Shown: piece by piece, positions 54,314-64,000 of the stretch
Numbering within the stretch: the first letter of the stretch is position 1
How the letters are laid out: each line of letters opens with the position of its first letter
NCBI RefSeq assembly: GCF_004010195.1
Contig: NC_057719.1
Location: 40,771,239 to 40,835,238 of the forward strand
Direction: 5' to 3'
DNA length: 64,000 nucleotides
DNA from: Chiloscyllium plagiosum
Taxonomy: Eukaryota
The notes under the pieces: model-generated
What the model was told of the DNA's origin: nothing
Database searches by the model: none
The model's input: the letters and a program-made list of their open reading frames with translations, nothing else
Program-made: the position numbers and the translations under genes

Positions 54314-57300
54314 ATTTTTATATTCACATTGCCTCCCACATATCCTAAAGGAAGCTTGCCTTAAAGGTTAACTTTTAATAATTTGTAGGGTTGATGAAAT
54401 TAAGAAACTAAAGATTCATTTTGGTATTTAAATACTTGACCCACAACCAGGTTTGGGTCATGTCTGCTGTTGCCAGCACGAAGCCATTTGCAGTGCTGTT
54501 AGTTTGGAGTAATATGGCCAGATAAACTGATTGCAAAGTTGAACTCTGAAAAGTCTGCAGTTTCAGTTCAGCTGATGCTGTTTTTATGAGCAAAGTAGTA
54601 TCTGTGCCACTCCTGCTGACTTCCTTTCGTTCTGTGACTGTCTGCTATTCCCTCAGCATTATTAGAGCCATTATATCAAATCAGAAGGTGACTGAGTGTT
54701 CAGTGACCTAGCGAAATGTCTCTGCTCCCCATATCAACCAAACATGATTGTTATGAGACCCTGAAAGCCCCTCTGAACACCAGTATCCACAGCCATGATA
54801 TCAGCATTCTAAGTCAGCATGACAACAGTTTAGAATTTCTGAGCTTCCACCTCAGAACTCAGACACTGGGTAACAGTAACAGACGCATGATATTAGTGAC
54901 CATTCATTGCATTATGGGGTCTACATGTGTGCTGATTGAATTGACCAGCACTTTGATGCTGGAAAATTTGAGCTCCAAGCTCCACACAAAACTTCCTATC
55001 AAGTTAGAGCCAAGCAGCGTCATGATCCTTGACAGTGACAAAAGGTTCTCAGGCAAATCTGCCAATGCAGCAAGCATTTAATTGTGCATTCCCATCACCC
55101 TTTTACTCTCAAACCATCAATCTCCTCAACAGTGCCATCTGGGGACCTGGCTATCCCTACCAATGGTGCCCAATGACACACGACCTGCAGATTGTATTCT
55201 ACCCTCTAATTTACATGTGATGCTAGCATCTCAGCTACTGAAATTGAATGACCATGCTTCTTCTTCAATATTCTGTTGTTCCTTTTGGAATACAGGCTCC
55301 CATTTTAGTGCTTGACCAGGTGAGTGATGTGAAAGTGCTTTCAACAGGTTAGCCCGTGTCATGTATACCATAGAGAATTAGATTTATATCAAGACAGATA
55401 TCCCAAGGTTTATTAACAGCCATGTACTGGCATCTCAGACCTACATGTCCAAGTAGATACTTGAATTACTGTTGCATTAGATACATTGTTGTCTCACTGA
55501 GTAATGGCTGGCTGCCATTAGACTGGCTGCTTATCTAACTGATTAACTTATATGGAGTAAGATTAAGACCTCTGTACTAGAATGTCACATGTGGAGACGT
55601 AATCTAGTTGGCCTAAAGATATACCACCCTTGAGACCTGTGCAACAAAACAACATCCCCTCTTTTCCCTTTGGTGAATGGGAAACCTGCTCTGATAAGTT
55701 TATACAAGGACACAAAAAAGTACATTATCTTTATTCGGTAAGATGACACTTTGGCAGACATACAATTTGACCAAATCTAGACCTTACACACTTACCATGA
55801 TCTGGCTGTTTTGCTATGTTGTGCTGACTATCATTGTGGATATATGTGTATCAACTATCAGAGATCTAGGGTTGTTGTATGATATGATGCTTTCAGTATC
55901 AGAGTCACCATCTTATCTGAGGGATTGTTAGTCATGAATAACTTGAGTGTGTTATCTGTTTCATTGCCACATTTGACCACCATTTGTGACAATGTCATAT
56001 AACCTGGGTGGACACGATGTAATGGCATCTTCTCTCAAACTCAAACAGGAGATGTTGAGGTTGTAAGTTGGCGCGCTAAGCTGGAAGGTTTGTTTTCAGA
56101 GGTTTTCAGATGTTGAACTCTGATTCTTTGTCTTGGTTAAAGTTGGGATAACTGACAATATGCTTGTTTGTTATGCTCTTGCATCTTTTTTCTCACTTCT
56201 TTCTAATAATGATTGAGTGTTAAGAATGTGTGAGGGAAGGATCATGTGATCTATTTGCTAAACATGAGCGCTGCAGTGAGGGTAAACCATTGCTTTGAGG
56301 AGTAGCACATAGATTTAATACGTTTATCAGAAATCTTTGGCAAGTAGTTTTCCATTTAATGATCATGGACTTTACTCCATGAACAATGCATTCTGTGAGA
56401 GGATTGGAATGAGAGGAGGAGGTAATGTGTTGAATAATCCTGCATATGTGTTGGAAGGATTACTAATGTACTGTGAATGATTATCAGACACAATTTATTG
56501 GAGGAATACCAAATATACTGAAAATGGTGATTAAGGTATCAACAATTATTGCACTAATGCTATGTTTCACAAAAGAGAGTTTGGTGAAATAGTCAGTCAT
56601 TAGGATGTAGTCATGTCTGGCTTATAATGGTGCACCATGACTTAGAAGAATTTCATGTGGGCGTGAAAATTTTTTATAATTGTTGAGGTTGATAGAATTG
56701 AAATGTTTCACATAACCTTTGACTGATGTCCTTATTGATGCCATGTCAATAGATGGACTCACATGCCAGTCTCTTGTTTTATTCAGTGTGCATGTGACCT
56801 GTGTGTATATAGTCAAGTATATCATGAAGTAAAATCATGATAGTCATGTATTTGATTTTGAAAATAACTTTCTAGAGAGGCCAAATGCATCTTTGCGTGA
56901 CCTGAAAGAGTGTGTTTGCTCAAGGACCACCCACTGATGATGATTTCTTTGAGCTATTCCAGCTGTACATCATCAGATATAGTTTACTGAATCGGCTTTA
57001 TTCACTATAGCCAAAATGAATGAAAGCATTGTGGAGACTATCTTCTAACTCTACTTTCACAATATCCACTTGTAGGTATGGAGGAATTTCTTACTTCCTA
57101 GTTGGATTTGAAAATTAGCCATGTGTATCGAAAGTACTCATCTCTGAGCCTGGTCTGCATTGCACTTTGAAATTGTACTCGGATCTTCACAAATAGATGT
57201 TGTAGTCTTGGAAGTGTACTTGGAATGTTTTTTAACAGATAATTTCCTATGGTTTGTGTTCGGTATGCACCGTGAAATTCTTTTTGAGTAAGTAAGTGTG

Positions 57301-57638
57301 CAACCTTTTGCATTCAAAAGACCAGAGTGAAAGTTGTCCAGAGTTGAAACAGTTTGCCTGAGCTGTTGTAAAGATTTTAGAGTCAAAGAAAAGGACCTTT
57401 CATCTTTAATTGACAGGCTTTAAGGTTTCTGGGATGCATCTAGTTCCAATGTGACAAATTTGGAGGAATTAAAATATTAAAGAATACACTTATTGGATGA
57501 TAAAGCATTTTCGAGCAATTAAAGTATATGTTGGTGATCTTCCTGCTGTACGTAAGGCATATCTTACTGGAGCAAATCTCAAAGAGGAGATACATTGGTT
57601 GCAACATTTGGAATATACAAGGATAAAAAATTAAATAA

Positions 57639-58401
57639 TTGGAAAACAAGTCAGGATAAGACTTTTATTCTTAATGGTAAGGATCTGGGGAGAGTTGCTG
57701 AAAAAAGAGACCTTAGAATGCAGGTTCACTGATCCTTGAAAGTGGAGTTGCAGATAGATAGGATAGTGAAGAAAGCATTTGGTATGCTTGCTTTTATTGG
57801 TCAGTCCATTAGGGTAGGGGTCGGGAGGTCATGTTCCGGTTGTACAGAACATTGGTTAGGCCACTTTTGGAATACTGTGTGCAATTCTAGACTTCCTGCT
57901 ATAGGAAGGATGTTATGAAACTTGAAAGGATTCAGAAAAGATTTACTAGGATGTTACCAGGGTTGGAGGGTTTGAGCTATAGGGAGACACTGAATAGACT
58001 GAGTCTATTTTCCCTGGAACGTTGGAGGCTGAGGGGTGACCTTACAGAAGTTTATAAAATCATGATGGGGTAAATAGACAAGGTCATTTCCCTGGGGTGA
58101 TAGAGTCCAAAACTAGAGGGCATAGGTTTAAGGTGGGAGAGAAAGATTTAAAATGGACCTAAGCAGCAACGTTTTCATGGAGAGGGTGGTGTGTGAATGG
58201 AATGAGGTGCCAGAGGAAATGGTGGAGGCTGATATAATTATGACATTTAAAAGACATTTGGATGGGTATATGATTGGGAGGGTTTATAGGGATATGGGCC
58301 AAATGCTGGAAAATAGGGCTAGATTGATTTAGGCAATCAGGTTGTCATGGATAAATTGGACCAAAGAATTTGTGCCTGTGCAGTACAGCTCCATGACTCT
58401 A
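57639..58401 (+). mobile_element. CR1 3' portion inserted in the Gypsy pol
   Basis: QIDRIVKKAFGMLAFIGQSI; shared 3' UTR ending ccatgactcta. Confidence 0.9.
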
Positions 58402-60001
58402 AAAGGAGATATATTTGTCGCCTTTGTCTTGCAGTGTAGACACCTTCCATTTTGATAAGGTCTGGTCTAATGCCATTTGACAAGTTGACTGACCTGAAGA
58501 AATTAATTTGGCTCATGTTGATTTGGCATTTTTTGCTGTTGAAAATTAAGCCTCCTGTTCTTATTGCTGCAATGTGCAAATGGAAGTTTTGTGTCACCGT
58601 CATGTTTAGTTTTCTCAGGAATTGCAATGTTAAATGTGATACAGAGACAATGTGGTAGTTATTTTATGATACAATCAATATATCATTGGAATATATCATG
58701 GCTGACAGATAATCCAAATGGTATTGAGAAAACGATATCTACCAAATGGGTTCCCAAGTTGTCACTTCCTATCACTCTGGGAAGAAGATACCGACCAATA
58801 TTAGTTCTTCACAACCAATTCAGAGAAATGCTTGGCACATGTGAACTTAGAAAAATACTCTTTTAGGGAAAGAATCTTGTGTGGACATTTTAGTGCTATA
58901 TTCAGTTGCTTTGAATCTAGATATACGTGTAGAAATGCTACCTTTTTGCCAAACCTAAGTAATGAATTGCATCAGTCTAATGCTGAACGTTGCAAATAAT
59001 GTTGATTTGTATCTTGGAAACCAATTCTAATTTGACCTTATCATCAATGTGAATATTATTCTTAGGAGGAGGATTATGATGGGTTGGACATCAACTTTCA
59101 GGTGTAACGTTGCATCAACTTTTAAAATTATCAAGAGAATCAAGCTGCACTGATAGAGGTTCATCAGATCAATGTTGTGGTCAGGAATTGGTAGCTTTGG
59201 AATTGCGGTATCTGTTAACTTGTGGATTGTAATTAATTGTAGATCAGTGCAAACTGTTAGACCAATGATTGATGGTTTTACTGTATCATTGATATAGAAT
59301 GTTTCAAGTGTCCATCCTGAGGAGCCACATTGGCATTGAAGGATGAAAGCAATGCAATGGGATGTCAGACCCATTGTAAACGGGTAATCTATTGTCTGTG
59401 GAGTGCACCACATTGTGTCAGCTTCCTGATGATATCTCAAGTCTGTGGTGTATCAGGTTGACCAATTGTATTTTTTGACTGGGATCTGCAAGCTCTAAAA
59501 TTGTAGTTATCTCTTTGCTTGATAAACCTTAGCAATGTTTTGAACAATTTTATCTAGCATTTTAAGCTGTATTTCATTTGGAAGTCACTTTTCTGAATCT
59601 GAGCTGTCCTCAGCTCTTGTAAATTTTTTTTCAAAATTGGACACAATTATTCCTGTCTTTTAACAAAGACTGTATTCACAGTCGTTCCTTCCATGTACTT
59701 ACCATGCCTCCATGCATTTGTTGCCTGTGGTCTCGGTTGCTAGACGTGACCTTTAGCTCTGAACTCAGACCTATGATAGGTGACTGTTAGGGAAGTAAGT
59801 TTTCACAATTGCCATTCCTGTTTTCTGTCCTTCAGTCTTTGGTACAATTGTGCTGTCATTAGGTTCTGCCATCATGATGTGGTATGATTAGCCCGTATAG
59901 CTTAAATCACAGAGATTCAGGTGCTTACTGAGACTGATATCTGAAAGTTTATTAACAACTCACTGTGTACACAAATATGACTGTCACACTTACATATACA
60001 G

Positions 60002-60175
60002 GAGGAAGTGAGGACTGCAGATGCTGGAGATCAGAGTCGAGGATGTGCTGGAAAAGCACAGCAGGTCAGGCAGCATCCGAGGAGAATCTGATGAAAGACT
60101 TATTCCCGAAACATTGATTCTGCTGCTCCTTGGATGCTGCCTGACCTACTGTGCTTTTCCACCACCACACTCTGG
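60002..60175. mobile_element. Family A fold-back PLE mini-element, 16-bp TSD (15/16 identical)
   Basis: Inverted arms ggaaaagcacagcaggtcaggcagcatcc / ggatgctgcctgacctactgtgcttttcc; TSD acacttacat[a/g]tacag at 59986-60001 and 60176-60191; decayed hammerhead at 60088-60120. Confidence 0.9.
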
Positions 60176-60999
60176 ACACTTACATGTACAGCCTGGGTTG
60201 AATGCTTACTTTTTTTGACAATTAGAGCATATACATAGTTGGCTGACCCATTAGCTAACAGACTAGCTGCATGTCTAACCATTTCATTGACTGTGTACAC
60301 ATAATACTTCTTATACTAGAATGTCATGTTGTGACTTCATCTCATCTTTAAATTTATATTTAATATTAACTTTAAATTTATAATGCCTTTCTGAGATCTG
60401 TACAATAGTACAACAGTGAGTATTTCAAAGGAGAAAGGCACAAAGTTGGATAGTGGCTGTGGAAGTTGGAAGTTGGAAGACAATAAGAGGTTCATGCGTG
60501 AGCCAATTGCAGCTTACAAGTCAGAAGAAATTGTGGGAGAACAGGGAAGTGGAAGGTGAAAAGGTGGAGTCCTTAGGAAAATATTGCCATCCTTGATATT
60601 TTCAACCCCACCACCAGCCATGGCCTTCCTCATGGTCACTTTTAATGACAGCCAGCACTAGTGATCTCATGGGAGTAAGGACATGCAGCTGTACCTGTCT
60701 CCTGTTGTGAGCTGATGCTGCAACTGTTAATGGGGCTTGTGGTCCTCCTTAAAGAGGGAAATGGGTTTGGATAATGTGCTGTCATGGTTGAATAGTTAGC
60801 AGTGTGCGCAAGTTCTGAGATATGACTGTGAGGTTCGTAACAGTGCTAAATGTGTGAGGGTGAGGTGAAACTATGAATGTGGAGCATGAGTCATGCTTGA
60901 TAAAGATTGGTGGTTGACGGAAAAAGGGCATGTGGTGAATTGACTGGTGTGTGAGGCGTTGATTTGTAAGGATGATGTGTGAAAATGCTTGCACAAATT

Positions 61000-61210
61000 T
61001 TGGCCATTCATATGAGATCATCGACTTGTGGCACTGCATTCAGGTCCATAGTTGGACTGTTGACTTTGACCACAATGGCTATCTCCTCCAGCTGTCTCCT
61101 TAGTTTTTATTTGGAGGGTGTCTGATGCCCTGAGGGTAAAGGATCTCTCCCTCCCTGTCTTCCTGTCCACTTTTTGCAGGAAGGCCTTCAGTGATGTCTC
61201 GGAGAACTTT
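61000..61210 (-). pseudogene. Myb/SANT-like DNA-binding gene remnant, probably from a PIF/Harbinger transposon
   Basis: Across frameshifts: KFSETSLKAFLQKVDR / EILYPQG / LRRQLEEIAIVVKVNS / WT*MQCHK / DDLI*MA. Confidence 0.55.
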
Positions 61211-62132
61211 ATGCACAAGCTCTGGTCTGTTTCCCCATTTCCATTCCTCCTCCTGTTTGCAAACTCTTCAACCATTTCCAGTATTTGCCTCAGCCAGAAT
61301 GCATTTTGCCTTCAATAGACTACGTGCTGGCTGTAAATGGTGACAACCCTGCATGAATTTGGGCTCCTTGCTGAGCTCTTTAGCATCTTCTGTCTGCACA
61401 CTGCAGACATTTCAATTAGCAAGGCAGCACAATGATTGTGTGCTGCGAGCATTCCATTGAATGGGTGCAGATTAATTACGCATTGAGATATCAGTACTTG
61501 TTACTGAATTTGATCTGACCTCATTCGCCCCCCACCCAGTTTGACACATCTTGAGTGCAACTCAGTTTCTCTAATGCAGTATAAACGTAAATGCAATAGA
61601 TAATGAGGATGATATTATTCTTTATACAACAGTAGAGTAACCAGGTCATTACATGATGTTGATGATAAACCAGATATCATATGTAGGGATCTTTTGCAAT
61701 TGTAGTGTCATTAGTGAACCATAATGTCATTAATGCAATAAAGACATTTTGGATTGCCACGGCTCCTACCATCTGCTAACAAAGGAGAAGCTGCATGTAT
61801 AATTTTTTAAAAATGTTCAATTTTCTTTTCCTGTATGTAAATCTTGCTGACATTTTTTTTTAAATATTGTAGAGCTGTGCATCCTATATTCTAAATGTCT
61901 TGATTTAAAACTCTTCATTCCTGTGTTCAAATCCCTTCATGCATTTGCTCATCTTTGTCCTTTTTTTAAAAAACAATCTTCAAACTATAGAAACCTCCGA
62001 TGCTCTTGTATTCCTTCAACTCTGGTCCTTTACTCATTTCTCACTTTCCTCACCTACCATTGGTGGCTGAGTCCTTAGCCGACTGAGTCCCATATTTTGG
62101 AAATCCCTCCTGAACAATTTCTTGCTTCTCCT

Positions 62133-62372
62133 CCTTTTCACGCAGAGGGTGGTATGGATTGAGCTGCCAGAGGAAGTAGTGGAGACTGGTACAATTGCAT
62201 CATTTAAAAGGCATCTGGATGGGTATATAAATAGGAAGGATTTAGAAGGATATGGGCCAAGTGCTGGCAAATGGGACTAGATTGGATTGGGATATATGGT
62301 CAGCATGGATGAGTTGGACCAAAGGGTCTGTTTCCATGCTGTACATCTCTATGGCTCTAAGACTCTATGACT
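62133..62372 (+). mobile_element. CR1 3' end
   Basis: Shared 3' UTR with ctctatggctctaagactctatgact tail. Confidence 0.9.
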
Positions 62373-63179
62373 CCTTTGTCTATAAAAATCTGTTTAACTC
62401 AACCTCGAATAAATGCAATGACCCAGCTGTTTTCTGGGAGAGAGAATTTCATGGGCTTATGACTAATATGGAAAAAAAATTCTCTTCATCTGTATTTTAA
62501 AAGTGAGATTTCTGATCTTCAGAATTGTGTCACCTAGTTTCTCCTATAAGGGGTATTGTCATGTTCCCTCAGGATCTTGGGACACCCTTGGGCATTTTAT
62601 TACATTAGTGGCATTACATAAATGCAAGTTGCTGTTGGAACCCCTTTCTGTTTATCAGTGCTCTTTCCAATAATATGAGTAACAACACAGACTTTCTTTC
62701 CTCATGATTGATGAAGGTGATCTTTGAGATAACTGAAGACGTAGGATCTATCACCCAGGTCAGCTACCTTCAAATACTGAGTGCAGCATTTGAGGAGATT
62801 ACACATGTTGACAGATGGCATTGCTCATTTGCACCCTTCTCCACAATAACCTGATGCTTTGCGCATTCCCTTAGCAGTCCCCCTATCTGTAACGTCAAGA
62901 TTACTATGGTGCATATTTACTCATTTGGATTGTTCCAGGGATCAGCTGCAGAACTGGATCTCACAGCTTGTACCTTGTTATGCTATTGGGCAGGTCATGA
63001 ATGGCCTATTCCAGAAGACATGTGGCTACATCTATTTTGAGCCAGATAGATAAGTGCAGGCACAAAGGGTGTTATTGGGCTTTGCTGCTACTGATGGATT
63101 TCCTTGGATCGTGGTTGTCTTTATTGTGGCACCCTTTAACTCAATTTCCTAGTTCACATTAGCCAAATCTGTGTTCATA

Positions 63180-63900
63180 TTCTTGCAACTGCTTTCATTT
63201 AAGTTTAAAACACTATTCTTAAGTCAATAATTCTCACCTTCCAACAGAATGTGCAATTCAATCATGTTGTGACCACTGCTACCAAAAGATTCTTTTATTA
63301 TGAGGTTATTAATTTATCCTGCCACATTGCACCTGACCACGTCTTAAATTGCCTATTGTTTGATTGGCTCTGAACATGCTGCTCTGTGAAATTGTCCAGA
63401 AAGCACTCTATGAACTTAGCTTCTAGGCTGGCTTTGCCAATCTGATTTGTCTAGTCAGTATGTAGATTGAAATCATCCATGGTTTAATGCAGGACCTTTC
63501 TTACAATTCCCTTCATCTCTTCTGTTTTACATTGCAATTATACTGTTGAGGAATTTATAAACTACTTTCACAAGTGACTTCTTAGTATTGTTATTTCTTA
63601 TCTCTTACCAATCTGATTATACAACATAATCTTTAGAATTAAAGTCACATATCACTATTGTATTGGTATCATCCTAAATCAACGGATCTACCCACAACAT
63701 TTCCGAGCATTCTGCCCTTTCAAAATGCCAGCTATTCTTGAATATTCATAATCCAACCTTGGTCACCTTTTTAAGCACATTTCTGTAATGACTATCAGGC
63801 TCAGTTTGACATAAGCTGACAATTCATACATTTTATAATGAATGCTACACACATTCAAATATAGAGCCTTTAATTCTGTCTTTTTACTATATTTGCAAAT
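63180..63900 (-). mobile_element. Old CR1 endonuclease-region fragment
   Basis: LKALYLNVCSI..ELSA..IVITEMCL; sgtgg-type SDHNM equivalent (agtggtcacaacatg) near 63265. Confidence 0.7.
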
Positions 63901-64000
63901 TCTGCTGTAATACTGGTAAGTTTCTATGCTCTGTCGCTTTCTGCCATGTCCTCTGGTTATCATTGCCGAAGATTACTAACTTGTCATTTCCCCTTAATTA

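Larger units (their letters stand above)
55357..60370 (-). mobile_element. Ancient Ty3/Gypsy LTR retrotransposon, heavily decayed, with two nested insertions
   Basis: On minus: protease-like FYI..PSIIGL..C; RT IPFGLSVSHDIFQ and GLIFNSKKCQ..GIRPD; RNase H-like STLPRLQHLFVKI; integrase TDYFTK and SDNHSQY. PPT at 55655-55668; diverged LTR-like repeats at ~55357-55654 and ~59875-60370. Confidence 0.75.

Overview
Eukaryotic, repeat-rich genomic DNA, most likely from a cartilaginous fish (shark-type CR1 LINEs, HE1/V-SINEs, Deu-domain SINEs). The only host coding sequence I can support is one 510-nt internal exon (52004-52513, +) resembling the N-terminal region of kinesin KIF26A, so the rest is probably intron. 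It carries many decayed CR1 copies (one with a zinc-finger/esterase ORF1), Rex1/Babar fragments, two Penelope-like (PLE) GIY-YIG fragments, an ancient Gypsy LTR element with nested insertions, a Harbinger Myb/SANT remnant, a tRNA-Lys pseudogene and a 312-nt assembly gap. The most notable signal is about nine minimal type I hammerhead-ribozyme motifs in PLE termini from at least two sequence families. Several sit in 165-205 bp fold-back mini-elements with target-site duplications (TSDs). The PLE-hammerhead association is already known; the recurrent architecture and possible effects on the host pre-mRNA are what merit checking. Family assignments come from recalled motifs, not database searches, and repeat boundaries are approximate.
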